33,812 nucleotides of DNA from a virus: positions 1-33,812 of the IMG/VR virus record IMGVR_UViG_3300045988_137872. One strand, given 5' to 3'. Shown here one piece after another: positions 8,196-14,471 of this stretch (position 1 is the stretch's first letter; the number at the start of each line of letters is the position of its first letter). Position numbers and translations under genes: made by a program. The notes under the pieces were generated by a model. It made no database searches. It was not told the DNA's origin and saw nothing but the letters and a program-made list of their open reading frames with translations.

Positions 8196-8266
8196 AGGGG
8201 GGAATTGGAAATCACTCCATTGTTTGGACTTCGCGTCCGTTAATTAAACTGATATCCGTCCCCCCT
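8196..8266. other. 71-nt structured intergenic element: 7-bp G/C clamp enclosing two hairpins
   Basis: AGGGGGG (8196-8202) pairs with CCCCCCT (8260-8266). Inside, TGGA/TCCA (8206-8209 with 8216-8219) and GGAC/GTCC (8226-8229 with 8235-8238). No ORF. Lies between a terminator and a promoter. Confidence 0.45.
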
Positions 8267-8352
8267 CATTTGTAGTATTATTTTATAATTTTCAAACTTG
8301 TGATTGACTGGAAAACAGTTGGATATGAGGAAGAGTAGTGCAGTAAGATAAT

Positions 8353-8389
8353 AAATAAGGGAAGAGAAAATTTCGCTCTTCCCTTATTT
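8353..8389 (-). terminator. Terminator of the 8915-8391 gene
   Basis: Perfect 14-bp stem AAATAAGGGAAGAG (8353-8366) with CTCTTCCCTTATTT (8376-8389). A T-rich tract follows on the minus strand. Confidence 0.8.
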
Positions 8390-8390
8390 A

Positions 8391-8915
8391 TTATTCACAT
8401 TTTTCTAAATCTTCATTGATCTGTTTTAAGTTTTCTTTTGTGGAGTCGTCCAGAACGGTCTCGACATTTCTGTAAACATATTTAATTGCCTGTACCAGAT
8501 CGGTTCCAAGCTCTGCCCGAGGGTCTGAATCCTCGTATTTACACTGGAGTAGATAGCCATACCACAGAAATTTCTCCATTTCTTCCGGTCCATCGTAAAA
8601 CTTAGGGTTTTCTTCCTTGATCGCATTCACGATCGCCGCAGCCTGCTCGTCTGTCAGAGTGTCCTTATAATCTTTGGCGGTCTTATAAATCTGTAAGTCC
8701 ATATCACTGGAGTTCTTTTCAGCAGTAAACGCAGGGCAGTTCATAGGGTCATCGACACTGACCGTCTCAATTTCACTAGGGTCACTGCTTTTTTCTGTGT
8801 CTTCTGTCTTAGACGCTTCTTTTGTGCTCGTGTCATTGTCACCACCGGACAGACCAGCGAAGAGCAGTATGCAGACAAAAATAATAATCACAGGAATTAA
8901 AATTTTCTTCTTCAT
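8391..8915 (-). CDS. Secreted or membrane-anchored protein (prophage surface / exclusion candidate)
   Basis: 174 aa. N-terminal signal/anchor MKKKILIPVIIIFVCILLFAGLSGG, then an acidic Ser/Thr-rich linker. AAGGAG RBS. Flanked by its own promoter and terminator. Confidence 0.7.
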   Translation of the reverse strand: MKKKILIPVIIIFVCILLFAGLSGGDNDTSTKEASKTEDTEKSSDPSEIETVSVDDPMNCPAFTAEKNSSDMDLQIYKTAKDYKDTLTDEQAAAIVNAIKEENPKFYDGPEEMEKFLWYGYLLQCKYEDSDPRAELGTDLVQAIKYVYRNVETVLDDSTKENLKQINEDLEKCE

Positions 8916-9014
8916 AATAAAATTTCTCCTTTTCTTATATGAATTTGTATTTTGGGGGATTTTACGAATTAATAAGAATAACTCATTTTCCCAGAGAAAA
9001 AATCTCTATCTCAC

Positions 9015-9043
9015 AGTATAACTGGATGTGTTAAAAATTTCAA
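9015..9043 (-). promoter_or_regulatory. Promoter of the 8915-8391 gene
   Basis: The minus strand reads TTGAAA-17 nt-TATACT (-35 at 9038-9043, -10 at 9015-9020). Confidence 0.55.
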
Positions 9044-9059
9044 TATTTTACCACAAAAT

Positions 9060-9097
9060 AGTATTTTTTCACATGCAATTTTTCATATATGAGAAAT
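9060..9097 (+). repeat. Right copy of the 38-bp imperfect direct repeat
   Basis: agtattttttcacatgcaatttttcatatatgagaaat. See 7679-7716. Confidence 0.7.
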
Positions 9098-9165
9098 CGT
9101 ATGGGAAACTATGGAAAATCCCGGCTTGATGTTTTATAATGACATCCAAGAAGGGAGGAGCAGTT

Positions 9166-9270
9166 ATGGAAGAGTACAAAAGAGATATAGTAAAAATGTT
9201 AGATCAACTAGATAACGAAGAGTATATTAAATATATTTATGTGTTATTGAAAACATTTCTTGAAAAATAA
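9166..9270 (+). CDS. Small protein, 34 aa (MEEYKRDIVKMLDQLDNEEYIKYIYVLLKTFLEK)
   Basis: Strong RBS AAGGGAGGAG 6 nt upstream. Possible promoter TGGAAA-17-TATAAT (9112-9140). Followed at once by a 15-bp-stem terminator. Below the ORF-track size cutoff. Confidence 0.55.
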   Translation: MEEYKRDIVKMLDQLDNEEYIKYIYVLLKTFLEK

Positions 9271-9306
9271 AAAATACTCTCTGCCGGAAATGGCAGAGAG
9301 TATTTT
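9271..9306. terminator. Bidirectional terminator
   Basis: Perfect 15-bp stem AAAATACTCTCTGCC (9271-9285) with GGCAGAGAGTATTTT (9292-9306). Lies between the convergent 9166 ORF and the repressor gene. Confidence 0.8.
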
Positions 9307-9704
9307 TATTTCTCTGAATCATCTGTCTTTGAGCAAGTCCCTTCATAAAGCTGTTTTGCCCGTTTTTCTAAAAACTCCCATTCCTCCACACTCAAATCAG
9401 CGAGTATCGAAATAAAACGGTTTTTAAAGGAGTCCTCCTCTTCATTCAGCAACTGCCGTGTCAATCTTGCAATTTCCGTTCGGCGATCAACCGGAGGAAA
9501 CATCTCACCCTCTCCAGTTCTAATCCAAGTCTCACTTACATCGAATTCGCGGCAAATCGATTTAATCATCTGATCGGTGACACCACTTTTCCCGTTTTCA
9601 ATTTGTGAAAGTGCGGACTTTTTTACACCGACACGTTCACCAAACCTATCAAGTGTAAGTTTGAGAGCTTTTCTAAGTTCTCGAATCCGCTCGCCTTGTG
9701 TCAT
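9306..9704 (-). CDS. CI-like XRE-family repressor (no S24 peptidase domain)
   Basis: MTQGERIRELRKALKLTLDRFGERVGVKKSALSQIENGK is an HTH_3 pattern. ATG 9704 has a GAGGAG RBS and lies downstream of the predicted promoter. The track start 9746 would lie upstream of that TSS. Confidence 0.8.
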   Translation of the reverse strand: MTQGERIRELRKALKLTLDRFGERVGVKKSALSQIENGKSGVTDQMIKSICREFDVSETWIRTGEGEMFPPVDRRTEIARLTRQLLNEEEDSFKNRFISILADLSVEEWEFLEKRAKQLYEGTCSKTDDSEK

Positions 9705-9733
9705 AATATCATCTCCTCGTTTTCTTTTTTTCA

Positions 9734-9762
9734 ATGATAACATCATAATTTTAAAAAATCAA
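9734..9762 (-). promoter_or_regulatory. Repressor-gene promoter (PRM-like)
   Basis: The minus strand reads TTGATT-17 nt-TATCAT (-35 at 9757-9762, -10 at 9734-9739). Confidence 0.5.
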
Positions 9763-9769
9763 TAAAAAA

Positions 9770-9836
9770 GTTTAAAAATTAAACAAAAAGTGTTGACAAA
9801 GTGTGGGCATTAAACTATAATATTCATATATTAAAC
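9770..9836. promoter_or_regulatory. Operator candidates: TTAAAC half-sites
   Basis: Palindrome GTTTAA-AAA-TTAAAC (9770-9784) lies between the two -35 boxes. Further TTAAAC copies occur at 9810-9815 (abutting the -10) and 9831-9836. Confidence 0.5.
9793..9821 (+). promoter_or_regulatory. Early lytic promoter, perfect sigma-A consensus
   Basis: TTGACA (9793-9798), 17-nt spacer, TATAAT (9816-9821). Divergent from the repressor gene. Confidence 0.8.
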
Positions 9837-9851
9837 AAGGAGGACAAATCA

Positions 9852-9977
9852 ATGAGTAAGAAAAAGAAGAAAAAGGGTAGCAAGAAGAAATCACAAATCC
9901 ACTACATACTTCTTGCTACCACAATCTTACAACTCATCCAAGTGATTCTTGAAATCGTCAAGATACTGGTTGAGTAG
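9852..9977 (+). CDS. 41-aa peptide with polybasic N-terminus and hydrophobic C-terminal helix
   Basis: MSKKKKKKGSKKKSQIHYILLATTILQLIQVILEIVKILVE. RBS AAGGAGGA 7 nt upstream. First ORF behind the early promoter. Not in the ORF track. Confidence 0.55.
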   Translation: MSKKKKKKGSKKKSQIHYILLATTILQLIQVILEIVKILVE

Positions 9978-10003
9978 GGGGAGGGGCGAAAGCCCCAACC
10001 CTT
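9977..10003 (+). terminator. GC-rich GAAA-tetraloop hairpin (attenuator or terminator candidate)
   Basis: GGGGC-GAAA-GCCCC (9983-9996) extended by GGG/CCC pairs. Followed by CTTTAT, which is only a weak U-tract. Confidence 0.4.
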
Positions 10004-10066
10004 TATAAAAGGATAGCTTTTTTTAAACTCATTGTCAATATAAAATCCGTGAGAGGAGGAGTGCAG

Positions 10067-10156
10067 ATGACAACATTAAGTCTTGTAGTAGATATTTTAA
10101 CAGCTATAGCAGACGTAGCAATTATTGTTATCGTTGTAAAGGACATGAAAAAATAA
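10067..10156 (+). CDS. 29-aa hydrophobic peptide (type I toxin / Hol-Tox-like pattern)
   Basis: MTTLSLVVDILTAIADVAIIVIVVKDMKK. RBS GAGAGGAGGAG 6 nt upstream. Single TM span with a KK end. Not in the ORF track. Confidence 0.55.
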   Translation: MTTLSLVVDILTAIADVAIIVIVVKDMKK

Positions 10157-10183
10157 GTAGAACTTCGGAGAGGAGATGATTTT

Positions 10184-10354
10184 ATGTTAGTAAAAGAGAA
10201 ACAGATCCTTGAGACATTCAGTAAAATCATTCCGGCACTACCAGAGAGCGATAAAAGTTATCTGTTAGGACTGGGGGAAGGAATGGCGAGGATGACCGCG
10301 AAGCGAGATGCTGATGAGCGGAGCGGACAGGAGATGGAAGTTAAGACAGCGTAA
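10184..10354 (+). CDS. Hypothetical early protein, 56 aa
   Basis: MLVKEKQILETFSKIIPALPESDKSYLLGLGEGMARMTAKRD... RBS GGAGAGGAG. Not in the ORF track. Confidence 0.55.
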   Translation: MLVKEKQILETFSKIIPALPESDKSYLLGLGEGMARMTAKRDADERSGQEMEVKTA

Positions 10355-10366
10355 GGAGGTGTGAAC

Positions 10367-10672
10367 ATGGAAGTAAAGGATTTTCTGACAAACGAGATAA
10401 AAAGCGGAGAATACAGATTAAATACAGATCGTTCATTGACTGAGTTCGATGATCGGTTAAAGTGCATTTATCATTTACAATCTTCGTTCCGGGGAAAACT
10501 GGATCGGCAGCATTTAAAAATGCGTATTTATTTAAAAACAGCTGAAAAATATGTGAAAAATCTGCAAAAAAGGTGCAGGAAAAATTATCAGCGAGAGTTA
10601 AAAAGGAGAAAACTGCTGATGCAGATGTTAGAAGAGCTTAATTTGGCAGAATCCGAAGAAACTGCCAAATAG
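10367..10672 (+). CDS. Hypothetical early protein with very basic C-half
   Basis: ATG 10367 lies 7 nt after AGGAGG; the track lists GTG 10361. 101 aa. Confidence 0.65.
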   Translation: MEVKDFLTNEIKSGEYRLNTDRSLTEFDDRLKCIYHLQSSFRGKLDRQHLKMRIYLKTAEKYVKNLQKRCRKNYQRELKRRKLLMQMLEELNLAESEETAK

Positions 10673-10858
10673 TTAAAATTGCTTATCACCAACAAGGATG
10701 TCCCGGATAGATTTTAAAGCAGTTGTCATTGCCTCATGGGTTTGAGCCAATGGAGTAGAAATCTCATCGGAAGGACAATAATTAATTGCAACACCGGCAT
10801 CATTATTAAATTTTTTAATAACATCATCAAGAGCATCCTGAAAGGTTTCTTTTGTCAT
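10673..10858 (-). CDS. Hypothetical 61-aa protein, lone antisense-oriented gene in the early region
   Basis: MTKETFQDALDDVIKKFNNDAGVAINYCPSDEIS... ATG 10858 follows GAGGGGAGG, and a consensus promoter lies upstream. The longer track ORF (to 10936) would start inside that promoter. Confidence 0.6.
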   Translation of the reverse strand: MTKETFQDALDDVIKKFNNDAGVAINYCPSDEISTPLAQTHEAMTTALKSIRDILVGDKQF

Positions 10859-10907
10859 AACGAACCTCCCCTCATTGTGTACTCGGCATAGCCATGCCTG
10901 TAACAAT

Positions 10908-10936
10908 ATTATAAATGGGGAAAATTGGAAAAGCAA
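10908..10936 (-). promoter_or_regulatory. Promoter of the antisense gene
   Basis: The minus strand reads TTGCTT-17 nt-TATAAT (-35 at 10931-10936, -10 at 10908-10913). Confidence 0.6.
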
Positions 10937-10975
10937 GGATGGTAGAGTAGGTAAACACGAAAGGAGTATTTTATT

Positions 10976-11314
10976 ATGAAGACATTTATCACAGAGTTAC
11001 AGGACGAGGTTACAAGCCGCTTAATCAAAAACGGAGTATCCGAGGAAAACATTAATGCAGTTGAGGAGGCTTTAGAAAACCGGACAGATCATATCGTGGA
11101 GCAGGTCGAGTGGCTGGCTCATTTCGATTACGGCATCAGAACACTGGAGTTTCTGCTTGACTGTAAATATCATCAGGATATTTTCTGGAAGGACCTGGCT
11201 TCGTTCCTTAATGAAGCAGATGAGGAAGAGAGTGTAGAAGAGATCTGGCAGAACTTCTGGAGCACAGCAAGAGAGGAAGATCTGACTTCTATGTATTTTG
11301 AGAAGAACAGGTAG
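10976..11314 (+). CDS. Hypothetical acidic protein
   Basis: 112 aa with AAAGGAG RBS. Confidence 0.7.
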   Translation: MKTFITELQDEVTSRLIKNGVSEENINAVEEALENRTDHIVEQVEWLAHFDYGIRTLEFLLDCKYHQDIFWKDLASFLNEADEEESVEEIWQNFWSTAREEDLTSMYFEKNR

Positions 11315-11325
11315 GAGGTACAGTG

Positions 11326-11616
11326 ATGCCAACTTATAAAGATTTACTCGGGATGTTGCGAAGTGCGATATCCAGGTCAGTTAATATCATTGCATTTAAT
11401 GAAGGAGAGACAAATGAGAATGGCGTTCACGAAGATTATATTAAAATCGTAAGAGCCGTAGATGGACCGCTCACTACATTGGATGGGAATGTGCAGATTT
11501 TGGATGAAAGTTTTTTTGAAGATGATGAATTAATGATCCTTGCAAAATTACTTTACATACTCTGTTATTTAGAAGATATCGACAAGAAAGTGTCAGCTAA
11601 ATTTCAGTTGCAGTAA
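11326..11616 (+). CDS. Hypothetical protein
   Basis: ATG 11326 lies 7 nt after AGGAGG. 96 aa. Confidence 0.7.
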   Translation: MPTYKDLLGMLRSAISRSVNIIAFNEGETNENGVHEDYIKIVRAVDGPLTTLDGNVQILDESFFEDDELMILAKLLYILCYLEDIDKKVSAKFQLQ

Positions 11617-11639
11617 AAAGTTTATTTAGGAGGAAAGGT

Positions 11640-11921
11640 ATGGATAAGGCAAACCAGATTACAGGCTCGGAAATGAGCAAAGAAACAGTTAATTTTTTAA
11701 AGATTCAAAGGGCACTCATTGAGTTCGCCCAGCAGGTCGGAGCAGAGCGCATCGGAGTTGAGGTCAATGATAGGGATTCATCCGCAAACATCGTATACGG
11801 TGATAAGACGGACACGATCATCACGACTGATAATATCTCATACGCTTCGCAGACCACGGTCACAGACAGAAAGGGGGTTATCGCTTGCCGACTGCGGACT
11901 TGGTTACATCCAAGATTATGA
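11640..11921 (+). CDS. Hypothetical protein
   Basis: 93 aa with GGAGGAAAGG RBS. Its stop overlaps the next start (ATGA). Confidence 0.65.
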   Translation: MDKANQITGSEMSKETVNFLKIQRALIEFAQQVGAERIGVEVNDRDSSANIVYGDKTDTIITTDNISYASQTTVTDRKGVIACRLRTWLHPRL

Positions 11922-12115
11922 CGCGGATCAACCCGGACGGTCGCACTTACCGACTGCCGCTAATGGATAATGGAACTCTTCGAATAGACGGCTCTAAGAC
12001 ATCCTTGGCAGCTTTCGGTGATGCGATTGACAAACTTGGAATGTATGAGGCTTCCGGATTCAGCGTTAAAGAACTTGCAGAACTCAAAGAGAAGAGGAAA
12101 GCAGGCTTGATTTAG
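11918..12115 (+). CDS. Hypothetical protein
   Basis: MTRINPDGRTYRLPLMDNG...AIDKLGMYEASGFSVKELAELKE. ATGA coupling to the upstream gene. The track start 11885 is also possible. Confidence 0.6.
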   Translation: MTRINPDGRTYRLPLMDNGTLRIDGSKTSLAAFGDAIDKLGMYEASGFSVKELAELKEKRKAGLI

Positions 12116-12177
12116 ATGGTTGAAACACCTTAAGAAACGTTGCTTAGTAATAATATATCACACAAAAAAGGAAGCGT

Positions 12178-12594
12178 ATGGAGGACAGTTTAAGGCTTAA
12201 AAAGAAAACGTATCTCAATTCTTACACGACGCTTTCGGCAGAATCAGAAAGTCTTAAGAAACAGATCACAGCTTTCCGGGCGAATGCTCATAGCAGCAGG
12301 ACACAGCTTTACGGTGCCTCTTCCTGTGCATCGGATGATAATCAGGAAGAAAAGCTGCTGGATAAATGGGAAGAAGATTATAAACGGACTGTAACAAGGT
12401 GCGGAGAGATTTATTGTAAGATTGAAAACATGAGTGATGAGAGAGAGAAGACCGTGCTTAAGATGCACTATTTAAGAGATATGTCCATCGAAGAGATTGC
12501 GGACAAACTCCATTTGTCACCGAGACAGACTCATCGGATCCACAAGCGGGCACTGGAGCATTTTCAGTTGGAATCCGAGAATGAGACCGCTTAA
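12178..12594 (+). CDS. Sigma-70 region-4-type transcription factor (DUF1492/ArpU-like)
   Basis: The C-terminus EREKTVLKMHYLRDMSIEEIADKLHLSPRQTHRIHKRALEHF matches the sigma region-4 HTH pattern. 138 aa. Confidence 0.7.
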   Translation: MEDSLRLKKKTYLNSYTTLSAESESLKKQITAFRANAHSSRTQLYGASSCASDDNQEEKLLDKWEEDYKRTVTRCGEIYCKIENMSDEREKTVLKMHYLRDMSIEEIADKLHLSPRQTHRIHKRALEHFQLESENETA

Positions 12595-12772
12595 AACAAG
12601 ATTATTTTTTAAAGTGCTTTTCAGTGCTGCATATCCGGTGTGAGGAATCGGGCTGATATGTTGGTGCGGGTGCAGCGTAAAGCTGTGTGTCGGCTGCTTG
12701 CAGGAGGGGGTGCGTCAGAGTGCTGCCTGTCGGGTGGAAGGCATTTACCGGAAGCACGGAAGGAGTTACAAG

Positions 12773-13699
12773 TTGGCAGGAAGATCAAAAAAGAGGATTG
12801 ATTACTCCGGATGGTCTGTCGACATTTTCTCCAATGATACAAAAATAGACAAGCTGTTAGACGCCCAAGGATGGGAAGGATTTGGAGTTTACTTCTACCT
12901 CTGCCAGATGGCGTTTGGCGGTGACGGATACTTCTATGAATGGTGCTATGACCTCTGTGCAACAACCGCAAGGAAGATGGGCGGGGGCGTGGGTGCCGGT
13001 ACGGTCAAGGAAACCGTGGACTACTGCTTACGGATTGGTCTTTTCGATAAGGGGCTGTTCGATAGGTGGGGAGTGCTTACCAGTAGGGGTATTCAAAAAA
13101 GTTATCTGATCGTCTTGAAAAGCAAGAATCGAAAAGGCACTCAGATTTATAACGAATACTGGTTACTTGATAAAAATAAAAAAGAGGATTATCAAGGTGT
13201 TATTTTTGTACCCAAAATTAGTGAATCGGTCAGAGTAAATGACAATTCACTAGGAGTAAATGACGATTCGCTAGGAGCAAATGACGATTCACTAGGACAA
13301 AAGGATAGTAAAGGAAAGGAAAGGGTATTTATACCCCCTATATCCCCCGCGGAATCGTTTGAGCAGTTCTGGGATGCATACCCGAACAAAGTCCGCCGCT
13401 CAATGGCGGAGACAGCATATTGTGACATGATCCTGTCGGAGATGGTCACAGAGGAGCAGTTGGTTGCTGCGGCAAAGAATTACGCAGAGTATTGTGAGAT
13501 TCAGAAAATCGACAAGATTTATTATCCGAACAATTTCATCAGCAAATGCGTGTTTGATGATTTTTTACCGGAAAACTACAAGAAACCGAAGCGGACAGCA
13601 GACAGCAAGAAGTCTGCCGGAAGCAAGTTTAATAATTTTAATCAGCGTGAATACGATTATGAGGATTTAGAGCGCAGGTTATTACAGGGAGGTAATTAA
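12773..13699 (+). CDS. Replisome organizer (DUF4373 / Lin1244-like N-terminal domain)
   Basis: WSVDIFSNDTKIDKLLDAQGWEGFGVYFYLCQMAFGGDGYFYEW fits DUF4373. TTG 12773 lies 7 nt after AGGAG. ATG 12698 is the alternative start. Confidence 0.75.
   Translation: MAGRSKKRIDYSGWSVDIFSNDTKIDKLLDAQGWEGFGVYFYLCQMAFGGDGYFYEWCYDLCATTARKMGGGVGAGTVKETVDYCLRIGLFDKGLFDRWGVLTSRGIQKSYLIVLKSKNRKGTQIYNEYWLLDKNKKEDYQGVIFVPKISESVRVNDNSLGVNDDSLGANDDSLGQKDSKGKERVFIPPISPAESFEQFWDAYPNKVRRSMAETAYCDMILSEMVTEEQLVAAAKNYAEYCEIQKIDKIYYPNNFISKCVFDDFLPENYKKPKRTADSKKSAGSKFNNFNQREYDYEDLERRLLQGGN
13235..13297 (+). repeat. Three tandem 21-bp repeats inside the replisome-organizer gene (origin iteron candidate)
   Basis: gtaaatgacaattcactagga / gtaaatgacgattcgctagga / gcaaatgacgattcactagga. 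They encode VNDNSLG-VNDDSLG-ANDDSLG. Confidence 0.7.
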
Positions 13700-13701
13700 A
13701 A

Positions 13702-13866
13702 ATGGCAAATATGGCGAAAGACGGAAAGAGCAAGTTGTACAGCATCTTTGGTGGAGCAGCAAACGTGGAAGAGTGGGAAAAGGTCTGCTCCAAGTTTCGG
13801 AAGGTGCAGTGGGTAAAGACGGGCGGCAAGAAGCTGATCGTTACGAGCAAGAAGGAAGAGAAGTAG
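13702..13866 (+). CDS. Hypothetical 54-aa basic protein
   Basis: MANMAKDGKSKLYSIFGGAANVEEWEKVCSKFRKVQWVKTGGKK... GGAGG upstream. Not in the ORF track; the minus-strand track ORFs here look spurious. Confidence 0.5.
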   Translation: MANMAKDGKSKLYSIFGGAANVEEWEKVCSKFRKVQWVKTGGKKLIVTSKKEEK

Positions 13867-13891
13867 GAGAGCAGAGGAAGGAGTGCGGAGG

Positions 13892-14365
13892 ATGACGATT
13901 AGAGAGTTAGCCGCAGGAAATCCGATGATTATGGACATCAACATTGATATCCGGGAAAACGGAAAGCTGAAGCACATATACAGATTCGGTTGCGGTGCAG
14001 AGTATTATAATTCAGATCCGGATCTGTTTAAATGCAAGCAGATCGACGATGATCCGGAGGACGTTAAAAAGTATGTCACGGTCGATAATACGGAGATTAA
14101 CACTCACGATATGGAGTCGATGAGAGATTATTATACGCTGAAATTAAATAAAATCCCTAAAAAGTATCAGCCGGTTCTTGACAGAGAAGTGTCCTCCTGG
14201 AACTTGAGCAAAGCATGTAGAGGGTTCTCCGTTTTTTATGACAGTGCAAAGAAATTGTGGGTAAATGTCGATGATGGCAAAAAAGAGCTAGAGCTTGATA
14301 AGTTGAACATTGAAGTTCATGGACAGGAAAACGGATACCAGCTTGAGCTGGAAGAGTTTTTATAG
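13892..14365 (+). CDS. Hypothetical protein
   Basis: ATG 13892 lies 8 nt after AGGAAGGAG; the track lists GTG 13883. 157 aa. Confidence 0.7.
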   Translation: MTIRELAAGNPMIMDINIDIRENGKLKHIYRFGCGAEYYNSDPDLFKCKQIDDDPEDVKKYVTVDNTEINTHDMESMRDYYTLKLNKIPKKYQPVLDREVSSWNLSKACRGFSVFYDSAKKLWVNVDDGKKELELDKLNIEVHGQENGYQLELEEFL

Positions 14366-14471
14366 ATTAGTGGAAAGGAGCCGGGACACGGAAAAATGAG
14401 TGATTTAGATAAATTTAATTATGAGTGTGAAGACCAGATCGATATATTTGATCTAGTTTAGGAGGTAGAAC

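Noticed and set aside
8196-8266. tRNA or tRNA-like gene (7-bp acceptor-like stem, about 71 nt)
   Set aside because: On either strand the internal arms do not fit a cloverleaf. There is no T-arm adjacent to the 3' acceptor strand, no GTTC/TTCGA T-loop, the anticodon-like loop has 5 nt, and the D-arm spacing is wrong. Kept only as an unexplained structured element.
9977-10003. Link between this G-run hairpin, the 8196 element and the cos G/C runs as one shared motif family
   Set aside because: G or C runs of 5-7 also occur inside coding sequence (for example G7 at about 4646), so homopolymer sharing alone is weak evidence. It is mentioned only as a side note in the relevant findings.
10003-10230. 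75-aa minus-strand ORF opposite the small-peptide genes
   Set aside because: No RBS and the composition mirrors the plus-strand hydrophobic peptide. An antisense RNA is still possible, but I found no convincing promoter and do not claim one.
11719-11970. 83-aa alternative-frame ORF that could hint at a frameshift between the 11640 and 11918 genes
   Set aside because: Ser/Arg-rich shadow composition. The two annotated genes are already joined by a clean ATGA overlap.
12621-12971. 116-aa Arg/His-rich minus-strand ORF
   Set aside because: The composition is typical of a GC-rich shadow frame. It overlaps the DUF4373 coding region and has no translation signals.
13235-13297. CRISPR-like or minisatellite array
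   Set aside because: There are only three contiguous 21-bp units, with no spacers. They are in-frame inside a replication gene. Interpreted as iterons.
13638-13977. Minus-strand ORFs 13638-13850 and 13696-13977
   Set aside because: They overlap a plus-strand small ORF that has an RBS, and also the start of the next plus-strand gene. They are hydrophobic shadow frames with no RBS.
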